A DNA stretch of 64,000 nucleotides from a virus (lineage: Duplodnaviria > Caudoviricetes): IMG/VR virus record IMGVR_UViG_3300020048_000093, positions 13,745 through 77,744 of that record. The stretch is one strand, 5' to 3'. Positions 18,515 through 28,500 of this stretch are shown here, in pieces. How positions within the stretch are numbered: the stretch's first letter is position 1; every line of letters starts with the position of its first letter. Made by a program: the position numbers and the translations under genes. The notes beneath the pieces are model-generated. The model worked only from the letters and a program-made list of their open reading frames with translations. It did not search any database and was not told the DNA's origin.

Positions 18515-20641
18515 ATGTATTTTATCCTTCCAGTTCTAGAAAAAGCTCGAAAAAATCTCAAGCTCATTCCCAAAACAGTGACCGTTACCCGCGAAGGGAC
18601 GACATACGAGACTACAGTATGGGTTTTGCCTACTAAAAAACTCACTCTAAACAACGATACTCAGTTTGATCTGTTTGCTGATGCCGATATTCAGGAGAAA
18701 AGCCTGAAGGCGAGATTGCTCAAGAATATACGAGAAGGTACAAACGTGACCTTTCTCGAAAACGGTAAAATTATTTCAGGCATGGTTGTCTATTCCGGTT
18801 ATGAATATAGCAAGATTGTATCAAAAAAGATCGCATACCGAGTTGATAATGACGATATCAAGTCAATCGTTCCGGAAAAAAGGCCCGAAGAGATAGCAAA
18901 AATCATAAAAGCCGTGACCCCTGAAACACGGACCGCAACGGAGGCACAGTTATTTGGAGCCGATCTGAAAGAAGACTTACCTGAAGTTTATCACTATGAA
19001 CCTACCAGGGTGGAAGAGGAGCCATACAGCTCAGATAATCGAATCTGCTGGGATTTCCGTGATGTAATTCCGGTTCAAATTGGTTTGATATCCGAAAAGG
19101 ACATACTTACTAAAGAACCGCCGAGCTGGATTCCGTTAATTGATTCCGATGAACGATTCCGATCGGTAGGAAACAGGGTAGAAGCAGTAAAAATAGGCGA
19201 TAATGATTACCTCATAAGGGGCGGAGCCGGAACTGTTAATTATGCCAGGGTAAATCTCGATGTATTGGCTGCAACACAGGATTATTACCTTAAAAGGGCA
19301 AAGGCCTTGGCGCATAATAAGTTTGAAGAGACAAAGGCCAAACGAAGAGACAACGGGTCGAGCGATGCCTATGTGAAAAAACACCCGGTAAGGGTCGTGG
19401 GTGAGAATCGCGCCATGTTCACAACACTCGAAATGTCAACGAGTTTTATGGGATTAAGAGGCAATGCACGATTTAAACCAATCAAGGCCGCCATAGACGA
19501 TATGAAGCAGAAATTATCCGACATGAACATCCAGCTCGAAGAAAACTACACCTCATACAATAAAGGGCAGCAGACTGCTTACGGTAATTCGGGGACAAAG
19601 ACAGACCTGCTCGATAAATACGGCGTCCTGGTGAAGAGACAGAATGGGGATGCGATAACGAAAAAAGAAATAGGTGATATCAGTACCGCACTGGAATCAA
19701 TATTTTCTGTATTTGGCAATCGGGCAAGCATGGCAAAATCCTTCGGGTTGAAAATAAGCCATTCCGGTACGGTCCTGATGCACGCACGAAAGGCGTCTGG
19801 TATATTTTTTCCTGCCTTCAATGCGATTGGCGTTACCATGCAGGGCGGACCGCGCGGCTTCGGGTTTACTTTGTCTCACGAATGGGCGCACTTCATGGAC
19901 AATTACCTCGGTACAAAATCCGGCCGACATAACTATGCTTCAGACGACTGGGCCTCGCTGCCGGGACAAATTGCCAGCATTTTCCGGAAAAGCATGGCAT
20001 TGCCTCAGAAATCAGACTACCAAAACCGTACCTGTGAATGTTTCGCGCGGGCGATGGAACAGTATTTTTCCTACAAAACAGGGGAACAGGATGCGCTTAT
20101 AGCAGGGGCAAGCAAGGGGAACCAGGTACCAAAGGGTGAATTCGAGAAAAATCTGGTCCCATTGATTGACCGATTCTTCCAGGAAAACAATGAATTGCTG
20201 AAATCACTCACCTTCAGCGGATTCCCGCTCCAGGGGCGAACGAAGATCCATGGCATGGATATCAGCATCGAGAACAGGAAAGGAAGCGTCCGAAGCGGGG
20301 TTTCGGACAACGGGCATGAATGGCATACGAAAATGCACTTTGCGTATGGATATATCCGGGGAACGGTAGGCAAGGACAAGGATCATCTTGATTGTTACAT
20401 TGGCCCAAACAAGAAGTCGGAAAAGGTATTCATTGTACATCAGAACAATCCGGAAACAGGCGCATACGACGAGGATAAAGTAATGCTTGGGTTTGATGAT
20501 GCTGAACAGGCGAAAAAGGCGTATCTCGGGCAATATGATAGTCCGGCATTTTTTGGTAGTATGGATGCAACGGATATCGAAGCTTTCAAGGGAAAGATTT
20601 TCCAGAGAAAACAGCACGGAAAAAAACTGATAATCAGATAA
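18515..20641 (+). CDS. Polyvalent protein: shared N-motif, SH3-like module, LPD1/zincin-like (HExxH), C-terminal InPase-like domain
   Basis: SHEWAH (19877)...ECFARAMEQY; GRTKIHGMDISIENRKGSVRSG...YGYIRGT.G.DKDHLDCYIG...YDEDKVMLGF. Start could be 18467. Confidence 0.82.
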   Translation: MYFILPVLEKARKNLKLIPKTVTVTREGTTYETTVWVLPTKKLTLNNDTQFDLFADADIQEKSLKARLLKNIREGTNVTFLENGKIISGMVVYSGYEYSKIVSKKIAYRVDNDDIKSIVPEKRPEEIAKIIKAVTPETRTATEAQLFGADLKEDLPEVYHYEPTRVEEEPYSSDNRICWDFRDVIPVQIGLISEKDILTKEPPSWIPLIDSDERFRSVGNRVEAVKIGDNDYLIRGGAGTVNYARVNLDVLAATQDYYLKRAKALAHNKFEETKAKRRDNGSSDAYVKKHPVRVVGENRAMFTTLEMSTSFMGLRGNARFKPIKAAIDDMKQKLSDMNIQLEENYTSYNKGQQTAYGNSGTKTDLLDKYGVLVKRQNGDAITKKEIGDISTALESIFSVFGNRASMAKSFGLKISHSGTVLMHARKASGIFFPAFNAIGVTMQGGPRGFGFTLSHEWAHFMDNYLGTKSGRHNYASDDWASLPGQIASIFRKSMALPQKSDYQNRTCECFARAMEQYFSYKTGEQDALIAGASKGNQVPKGEFEKNLVPLIDRFFQENNELLKSLTFSGFPLQGRTKIHGMDISIENRKGSVRSGVSDNGHEWHTKMHFAYGYIRGTVGKDKDHLDCYIGPNKKSEKVFIVHQNNPETGAYDEDKVMLGFDDAEQAKKAYLGQYDSPAFFGSMDATDIEAFKGKIFQRKQHGKKLIIR

Positions 20642-20651
20642 CGGAGGAAGC

Positions 20652-20975
20652 ATGGCGGAACTAAAACAATTGGCGGGCGTACTGAATGTCCAGATTTATA
20701 AAGGAAATACACGGGACATCGAGCTTGATTGGAATATAAACCTGGTTGGGTATACCTTTATGGCAAAAATTGTTAATGCGACGACTGGAGCGTTGATTGT
20801 CGCGGTTCCTGTTATAGTCGTTGACTTGGCAGCCGGCCAAATAACTCTGAAAATTACCGATGCCGTAGCACTGGCGACACCCATAGGGGTACACAAGCTC
20901 TTGTTGGACTGGGTGGACCCTGATACGCTTATAAGAACCGTGACGGCCGGAACGTATGAAGTGAGTTATGCCTAA
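20652..20975 (+). CDS. BppU N-terminal-like beta-sandwich virion protein
   Basis: IYKGNTRDI...NLVGYTFMAKI...GQITLKIT...GTYEV pattern. Confidence 0.65.
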   Translation: MAELKQLAGVLNVQIYKGNTRDIELDWNINLVGYTFMAKIVNATTGALIVAVPVIVVDLAAGQITLKITDAVALATPIGVHKLLLDWVDPDTLIRTVTAGTYEVSYA

Positions 20976-21250
20976 TGGGAGATATCAATGTAATAGCCGG
21001 GAATTCCGACAGAATCATCATCCAGGCACGTCAGTACGAACTGGACACCGAAGGCGTCAGGGTTGAGATTGTCGAGCAAAGACAGGTAGTGGCCATTCGG
21101 AATGTCACAAAAATAGCCGTAGAAGCGGTCTTCAAGGGATTTAAAGGTGATCCAGGCATATCACCGAAAGTGCTCTATGGCATAGAAGAGGAGCCGGTGA
21201 ATGCGGAAGATGCGCCGGAAGGCGCTGTTTATTATCAATACCTGCCATAA
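20975..21250 (+). CDS. Putative virion fibre/adaptor protein
   Basis: GFKGDPG collagen-like triplet; C-terminal APEGAVYYQY motif. Confidence 0.55.
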   Translation: MGDINVIAGNSDRIIIQARQYELDTEGVRVEIVEQRQVVAIRNVTKIAVEAVFKGFKGDPGISPKVLYGIEEEPVNAEDAPEGAVYYQYLP

Positions 21251-21287
21251 CTATGGCAATATCATATTATTCTAAGGAGAAAGATTT

Positions 21288-21701
21288 ATGGGTAATACAA
21301 TTGATCGAAGGATGAGTTATGCTGCGGTAAATGCCGAGGCCGATGCCTTGGCCATTTTGGCGAACACTGGATATATCCGAATTTATGACGGCACACGTCC
21401 GACGAATGCCGACACGGCGGTTGGCGCACAAGTGCTTCTGGCTGAATTGCGGTTTGGGGAGACGGCCTTTGGTGCAGCCGTAAACGGCGTTCTGACGGCG
21501 AACGCAATAACAGCGGACTCATCGGCGAACGCCGGAGGAACTGCATCATGGGCGCGTATTTTGAAGTCTGACGGTACGACGGCTTTGTGGGATGACGAAG
21601 TTGGCACCGCGACTTCGAATATCATATTGAACTCCGTCACCATAGGACTGGGCGCGAATGTTTCTATCTCGGCGCTGACACACACGGTTCCGAGGTCGTA
21701 A
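21288..21701 (+). CDS. Conserved phage virion structural protein
   Basis: GYIRIYDGTRP.NAD...LLAEL...GTASWARI...DEVGT...ILNSVTI..G..VSIS pattern; RBS aaggag. Confidence 0.7.
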   Translation: MGNTIDRRMSYAAVNAEADALAILANTGYIRIYDGTRPTNADTAVGAQVLLAELRFGETAFGAAVNGVLTANAITADSSANAGGTASWARILKSDGTTALWDDEVGTATSNIILNSVTIGLGANVSISALTHTVPRS

Positions 21702-22015
21702 TGAATATAGGCGACAAACTCGATCCGGTAGCAATCGGACACACGGCAATCGATATAAAAGGCCTCTTGATCGAAGCCGGGTATGTTATGCCACAGGGAT
21801 CCATAGCAAAACTCCCGAGACTTCCCGGAGAGGTCGAAGCGCGTATAACCGAAATGAAGGCAGCGCAGGAAAAATTCGAGACTCTGGATGAGACAAAGGC
21901 ATTCCATTGTGCACACTGTAGCACAAATAATTCCGGAGCATGGCGGAAGGAAACGGCAACAGGACAGGAATTTCTGGTTTGTGGTGAATGTCACACAGTA
22001 ACGGAGGTGCGATAA
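21701..22015 (+). CDS. Hypothetical protein with C-terminal Zn ribbon (CAHC...CGEC)
   Basis: Coupled ORF; two CxxC pairs. Confidence 0.7.
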   Translation: MNIGDKLDPVAIGHTAIDIKGLLIEAGYVMPQGSIAKLPRLPGEVEARITEMKAAQEKFETLDETKAFHCAHCSTNNSGAWRKETATGQEFLVCGECHTVTEVR

Positions 22016-22384
22016 ATGGCCGCTAAACTTGAACATGCAACACTCGTGACAACGGCTGCAACGGCAGACCAGGTAATACTTACTGTCACGCTCTCTGCTC
22101 CATTTCTTGTAAAGCTCATGGCTCTTGGTGCCGCGTTCACTACGTACTCCGCAACGGAAGCTGCCGTAGGGCTCGGTCGCATCCAGACGTATGTCGCGGC
22201 AGCATGGGGACAGAGGTTCGAGCAGCGTTTCCAGAATACCGACCTCGACAATAATGCTGGGATGTCCATCCTCCCTCTCGGGTCCGGAATCACCTTCGCC
22301 ACGGGCGAGAATCTCAGGGCGATCTGCACCCCGGCCGGTACGACCTCCACCCGGTGGCCGGCGTCGTTCTGGGGCGAAGCGTAA
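22016..22384 (+). CDS. Beta-rich putative virion protein, paralogue 1
   Basis: RBS ggagg; clear similarity to 22385..22759. Confidence 0.8.
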   Translation: MAAKLEHATLVTTAATADQVILTVTLSAPFLVKLMALGAAFTTYSATEAAVGLGRIQTYVAAAWGQRFEQRFQNTDLDNNAGMSILPLGSGITFATGENLRAICTPAGTTSTRWPASFWGEA

Positions 22385-22759
22385 ATGGCAGCGTACCTCG
22401 GTCACTCCATGCTGGTGACGACATCCGTCGCCGGCGAGCAGGTTATTCATTCCCTGACCGTGGCAGGTTCCCCGCTCAACATGAAATTCCTGTCGATCGG
22501 GGCCGCCTACACCACGTACAACGCCACGGAAGCGTACCTCGGTTTCGCCCGGTTCCAGTTCGATATCGGTTCTGGATGGGAGACGAAGGACCGAAGCCCC
22601 GCATTCGTGAACACTGACTTGGACAACAACAATCCGCTCATCATCCGGCCGCTCGGCGCAGGGCAGTCCTTGCCCGTCGGTCAAAGCATCCGTGGTATTT
22701 GCACGCCGACGACGGCAACGAGTATCCGCTGGTCCTGCTGCATATGGGGAGAACAATAA
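22385..22759 (+). CDS. Beta-rich putative virion protein, paralogue 2
   Basis: Shares MAA.L.H..LVTT, GAA.TTY.ATEA..G, NTDLDNN, PLG.G, ICTP...RW....WGE. Confidence 0.8.
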   Translation: MAAYLGHSMLVTTSVAGEQVIHSLTVAGSPLNMKFLSIGAAYTTYNATEAYLGFARFQFDIGSGWETKDRSPAFVNTDLDNNNPLIIRPLGAGQSLPVGQSIRGICTPTTATSIRWSCCIWGEQ

Positions 22760-23109
22760 TGCTCGTGAAGCTTGAAGAGGTGTGGCGTGACAGACTTGCA
22801 CTCGACGCGATGCAGCGTGAAATCACCCGCCAGCGCATCTTCGGCTGGCGCCCGTGGGAGATACTTCTTCCACCTGAGCTGCTCTATCCGATGCTGGAAG
22901 AAGTGTCGTCCGGCATGGTTACGTCCTGGAGTCCTACCGTTTGTGGCGCAGGCGTGCAGGTCGGAAATCAGGGTGAACTTGCAATCCGCTTTGTTCGCAC
23001 GGGTGAGAAAGAATCCCCTGTAATGGTCAAATCAATGCCCTATCAGCCCTTCAACAAGGACGCCATTACTCCAATCGAGGTAAACAATGGGCATCAGATT
23101 CGAGGCTAA
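22759..23109 (+). CDS. Hypothetical protein
   Basis: ATG overlapping the upstream stop; RBS ggggag. Confidence 0.65.
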   Translation: MLVKLEEVWRDRLALDAMQREITRQRIFGWRPWEILLPPELLYPMLEEVSSGMVTSWSPTVCGAGVQVGNQGELAIRFVRTGEKESPVMVKSMPYQPFNKDAITPIEVNNGHQIRG

Positions 23110-23521
23110 CTACCAGCGAATTGCTGGTATCGCCCCGCTCATCGTAAACGATAATGATCCTCTGACACGCTGGTTCCGCGTACATGAGTGGCAGGTCGAT
23201 CCTGGCTTTACCGGGAAGCTCCTCATGGTCATGCTCAATGTCGAGACGCAGTTCCCGATTCCTCCTACGGCTGATTATGGCTGGATGCGCGTCTCGGCTG
23301 CGCTTGACGCAGGCGAAGTGAAGTGGCAGACGAAGTGGGAAAGCCGCTTCATAGGTGCTGCACTCACTGCAAAGCAGTTCACCCCGCGTCTCCAGATCAT
23401 TCCTGTGGGGTCCGGTATTACATTTACTGCAGGTCAAGGCCTCATGACCCAAGCCCTCTCCTCCACGACCACCGCGCATCGCTGGTGGTCCTGCTACGTT
23501 ATTGATGCGGGGGTAGTATGA
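23087..23521 (+). CDS. Beta-rich putative virion protein, distant paralogue 3
   Basis: IIPVGSGITFTAGQ...RWWSCY matches ILPLGSGITFATGE...RW of paralogue 1. Confidence 0.75.
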   Translation: MGIRFEANYQRIAGIAPLIVNDNDPLTRWFRVHEWQVDPGFTGKLLMVMLNVETQFPIPPTADYGWMRVSAALDAGEVKWQTKWESRFIGAALTAKQFTPRLQIIPVGSGITFTAGQGLMTQALSSTTTAHRWWSCYVIDAGVV

Positions 23522-24375
23522 ATGTAGAATATGGCGAGAAGATATTTGATGACACTGCAATGATGGGGGACAACACCAACCGTGTTGATGACATAATGGC
23601 TGTCCCGTCCGTCGGAAAAGAATCAATTGTCCGGTACAAGGTTCCCGTGGAGCGCAATGCACACGTACAGTGCATGGCACTTAATTGTGACTATGGCGCT
23701 CTCCTCTTGCAGGGTGCCTATACCACGGCGCAGGATGGAGCGCAGGTGCAGGTCCGCTTTGGAGGAGCAGTCAAGTTCGAGCAGAAATTTAACTGGACGG
23801 GCTTGCAGGGATACATCGGCGGAGCAGATGACTACAATGCAGAAAATGAGGTTATGTTTTCCTGTCATAATCAAGCGATCAATGCAGGCACGGTCATTGA
23901 CTTCTATATCACTGGAAAGTCGAATGTGCGAAGGATGATAAACGGAGATCTCTACGGCGTCCTTGATGACGGTACAGTGGTCCGTGTTGGCATAAAACAA
24001 GCTGTTGACAACACCGTTGCCACTTCTGTCCCGTTGTACACTGTCCCTGCCGGGCGGATTCTCTATATCAGCCAGATGGTTGTCACCACTCGGCATATCG
24101 ACATATACGCCGGGAAAGGATATTTCACATACAATGGACTCGCAGTCATGGCCTTCGACGTTGCGCAGACAGAACTCGGCGGCGTCTATGGGCTTGTGTT
24201 CCCCTTCTATGACCTCCCGCTCAAGGAGAGCGCGTCCATCGGCTTCCGCCTCGACTCCTTCGCGTGTGGGAATGAAGTTGTCACAGGTACAGTGTATTCT
24301 GATGAGCATCCGCTTATTGACCCTGCGGCCGTGGCCGCAGCCGTCTGGACCAGAGCAGGCAGAACGCTTACATGA
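23518..24375 (+). CDS. Two-domain beta-rich protein ending in an AVWxxxxRT fibre motif
   Basis: LYTVPAG-type module; C-terminal AAVAAAVWTRAGRTLT. Confidence 0.75.
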   Translation: MNVEYGEKIFDDTAMMGDNTNRVDDIMAVPSVGKESIVRYKVPVERNAHVQCMALNCDYGALLLQGAYTTAQDGAQVQVRFGGAVKFEQKFNWTGLQGYIGGADDYNAENEVMFSCHNQAINAGTVIDFYITGKSNVRRMINGDLYGVLDDGTVVRVGIKQAVDNTVATSVPLYTVPAGRILYISQMVVTTRHIDIYAGKGYFTYNGLAVMAFDVAQTELGGVYGLVFPFYDLPLKESASIGFRLDSFACGNEVVTGTVYSDEHPLIDPAAVAAAVWTRAGRTLT

Positions 24376-25535
24376 TCGTAGAGGATATAGTCGATAAGAT
24401 ATGGTCACATCCATCCCGAACCGTCGATGCAGGCTCTCCTGCTGCTTCCGATGGATCGATAGTCGATGATGTTGCCTATGCAGTCTGGACGTATATCACT
24501 CGCACCACAGAAGGCGGCGTATCCGCTATCACCGGTATTGCTTCAGGTACGCAATCACTCCAGTCCGGAAACGCGTCAGGCGAGGTTCTGGCAGCACCAA
24601 TCACAGGAACCGCATCTGGCGTCCAAAAGGCGCAAACAGGCACCGGAACGGGCAGCGTCGTCGCTCCAGCGGTGTCTGGAACATCTACCGGTACGCAGGC
24701 AAAACAGACAGGAACCGGAATGGGAACCGTCGTGTCGGCGGGAATTTCCGGGACAGGCCAGGGAACGCAAGTCGGGCAAGAAGGATCAGGATCGGGCACG
24801 GTTGGCGTTGCTCCGGTAAGCGGTACAGCATCCGGTACACAGTCCTCACAAAGCGGGACGGGTTCAGGAGCTCAAACTTTCGCCGGAATAAGTTCGGGAA
24901 CACAAGCAAGGCAGACTGGAGCGGCCCTGGGACAACAGGCATTTGCAGGGGCTTCATCAGGATCCCAGATAAAACAGACAGGCGTTGCTTCTGGAATGGT
25001 GGTGGCGGGTGTTTTTGGTGCAGTTTCTGGTTCGCAAGTACGTCAAACAGGAGTTGGATCAGGAGCCATAGCAATCCCTTCTGTTGCAGGGTCCGCATCC
25101 GGACAACAGGCGCGTCAATCAGGTTCAGGGAGCGGCCTTCAGTCCTTTTCGGCAAACGTAACCGGAACACAGATCAGACAGACCGGAACCGCAACGGCAC
25201 TGTTGACGTTAACAGGGATTGCCTCTGGTATCCAAACAAGACAGATAGGGTCCGCTGCAGGACAAAACTCTCATGAAGCTTATTCGAGTGGAACACAAAC
25301 ACCTCAGCACGGAGGCGGGATAGGCTCTCAATCGTATCAAGGAATATCAGTTGGATCACAGACACGACAAACAGGAACAGGTTACGGATTGTCTGATCTG
25401 GATATTCCTGTTCGAATACAAGTCGAAGGGCAATGGAAGAAAATGAAGGCGATTTGTGTTAAGGTTGATGGGCAATGGAAACGAGTCAGGGGCATACATA
25501 TACGTGTGTCTGGAACATGGAAAAACGTATTATAG
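24372..25535 (+). CDS. Gly/Ser/Thr/Gln repeat fibre-like protein
   Basis: 13 GxQxxQxG repeats; C-terminal triple V.G.WK repeat. Confidence 0.8.
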   Translation: MIVEDIVDKIWSHPSRTVDAGSPAASDGSIVDDVAYAVWTYITRTTEGGVSAITGIASGTQSLQSGNASGEVLAAPITGTASGVQKAQTGTGTGSVVAPAVSGTSTGTQAKQTGTGMGTVVSAGISGTGQGTQVGQEGSGSGTVGVAPVSGTASGTQSSQSGTGSGAQTFAGISSGTQARQTGAALGQQAFAGASSGSQIKQTGVASGMVVAGVFGAVSGSQVRQTGVGSGAIAIPSVAGSASGQQARQSGSGSGLQSFSANVTGTQIRQTGTATALLTLTGIASGIQTRQIGSAAGQNSHEAYSSGTQTPQHGGGIGSQSYQGISVGSQTRQTGTGYGLSDLDIPVRIQVEGQWKKMKAICVKVDGQWKRVRGIHIRVSGTWKNVL

Positions 25536-25544
25536 GAGCGTAAC

Positions 25545-28500
25545 ATGAGTTTTTTTATGATTGAAGATTATTCGTATAATGATAGTGACCTGGCAAATTT
25601 GAGAAAATCAGGCGCTCTTAACCTTGAGGTGGGCGGGTATACCGAACTTTCCATGAGAGAATATTTTGCCATGCAAAAATCATTGAAGGTGGCAAATGAG
25701 TATATCCGGATGCAAAAAGGCATTAAAATACCGGCAGGCGGGCGATGGATCACTGTTCACCCGAACGGAGGAGACGAAAAAGGGACTCCACTGCTCATTC
25801 AGGAGACGGGAGAAAAAGGAACCGCGCACGTTATCGCTGGGGCCGGGGGAAAGCTCAATGGCCTGAAGCTCAACAAGATAAAAAGCAAAGAAGAGTATAA
25901 GGAAAAATCTGAACAGCGAAACGAGGAAAAGAAAAAGAAGAAACTCGAAGACCGCCTGGCAGAACAGGAAACTGTGTCACAGATGAGCTCTGAAAAGCGC
26001 AAGGAATATAAAGAAGGAAAGAAGGCCGCAAAAATAAACGCCAAAGAAACAGAGAGTAACGACAAAAAAGCACGAGCCGAGGCCGAACAAGAATTCGTAA
26101 ACCACATGGCCGGCGTGATGGGTTGGGAGCAAGAAGAGATAGAAGAGGACTTTGCAGAACGCAGAAAAGCGATTTATCAGCAGCTTGAGGATTGCGATGA
26201 CAAGGCACTTGAAAAAAAGCTGGGTAAAGAACTTGAACATATAAACAAAGCCGAGGAACGCGCAATTAAAAGTCAGCGTTCGAATTTTCTATCGGCATCA
26301 AAAGAAGCTATCAAACAGATTCAGCGGGAACTTCTTGTAGACTCCGAAATGAGGCAACAGGTTGAAGCAGGGCTTGGTGGTTCATCCGGAGCCGAAGACG
26401 TTATACGTAAAGAAAACGCAGGAAACAGCAAAGGGTTCCAGGCCGAATACCGGGACAATGCCGAGAAAAAAGGCGGCCTGGATAACAAAGCTCTTGAGAC
26501 TGAAAAGAGAGAGGCCTTTGAGAAGCGCATGACTGAAATAGCACAAGAAAACCCGAACCTTGCTGCCATGATCTCCGGTGGCATAAAAACCAACAAGGCC
26601 ATTAACGATATAAAGAAAGACGTGTATACCAAAGAAGAGACCCCGATTACTCCAATTTCAGAGGTAGATAAGAAAACCGAGTTACTAAAAAACTATCTTG
26701 AAATGAAAAAGAAGCTAGCCGATATTGATAAAAAGAACGAGCCAGGGGTCCAGATAAACCTTGAAGGAACTCCAGAAGAGGCCGAGGACTCTGTTGACGG
26801 GCTTGTTTATGGAAAGGGAGTTTCAATCGACTATGCCGAACTGCTAGACAATGAGCTTGAGGATGAAGCCGAACAGATAAAGACCGAACGACAGGCCGCC
26901 GTTCATTCGTCACTACTCGATACCATCGACAAAAATCCCGGAGGATCCGCGAAATGGATAGCGAACGGGAATTATTCCGGTTTCAGTTCAATCGCCCTTG
27001 CTGCCATGAAAACCGAAGGGATTGATCGTGATGCCGTGGATATTTTAGGCGTTGGCGCAAGCTCGAAGCTGGTTGCCATGATGGCCCGGCGCTCGATGAC
27101 CAAAGAAGACTACCAGGACTTCTCCTATGGTATGCAGAAATATCACGAAGAGGTAAACGAATCCATAGCAAAGGATGCGGTAGAAAAAGGGAAAGACCTT
27201 ATAGCGCGGGCGGAATCTATCAAAGCGGAAATCGACGCCAATCCCGACGATCTGGCCGTGGCAAAAGAGCTGAATGAATCTCGGCTTTCCTATCTTGACG
27301 AGGCCAATAGGGTAGTCGGCCAGGCACTCGGGTCGCTTGAATCATCGGCAGCTATGGTTTTGGCTCTGAAGGATGGCAAGGACCCTGAATCGCTCGAAGT
27401 GAACCTCGGCGCTGTCTCGAACGAGGACGCGATCGTCAAGATGCACGCCCTTGGGCTCGAAAAGGGAGATTTTACCATCAACGCTGCCGGAGAAAACAAA
27501 GTCGTTACCATTACCGGAGTGGATAAACTGGTCAAGCCGGTTGATGCAGAAGAATTGCGTATCGAACAGGAAGTATCGGCAATCAAGGCCGGCGCAATGG
27601 ACGAGGACGGGTGGCTTCCGGCCGGCCTGGTGGAACGAACCTCTGAAAGTTATGAGGATCCGGGTCCTGATGCGCAGTTACCGGTGGGCGATGTCGATAA
27701 TCAGTCTCTTGGATTTGATGAAAACGGCGAAGTTAATGCAAAAGGGTATCACGATACCGAAGAAGCTGCTCACAGGACGCTTGGAGAAATGCCTGAGGGG
27801 TCGATGGCATACAAGCCAATCAGCGATCTTACCTCATCTGAACAAACCGATCTACGGCGCTATTGGGAGAACAATATCTACAAGGGGAGCATGTCGGAAG
27901 CGACAGCCGGACAGGACTTTGCAGAAGGAAAAGGAATCTCACGTCAAGCGGCATGGTCAAAATTCCTGAAGGGAGAGAACGGAGGGAGCGAATCGGCAAC
28001 CATGGCCGCAATTCAAAATGACCTGATTACCAATCACTCGACTGAAGATATGTTCGGAGAAAAAGACCTTCCGCCATTGGCAAGGGTAACTCCCGGTAAA
28101 TATGAAACATATCGTGCCAATGTAACTGGCGCAAGAGAGTTGTTTGATGCAATTGCCGAATTGAATAATCCTGATACGGTAATCGACGCCAAAGAAGCTA
28201 AAAAAGAAAGCGATAAACTTGAAGCTGCATTGCCGAAAAAACTGGACGAATTGTATTCCGCACAAATGAAGGATCATTACCTGAAGTTTATGTCAGGTCA
28301 CACGGAGGATGAATTCAAGGCAGGAGAAACAAGACAGGAGCGTAGTCCGTGGGGAGAGTATGTTCGGATGCACGGGGACGTTGGAAAGGCACAAGAGGCC
28401 GTACAAGACCGCATACGGGGAGATTTCAACGATAAATTCATCAAGAATTATGGAAGAGTTACCGGGAAACGATTAAAAACACGTTCTGAGAAGATTCGGA

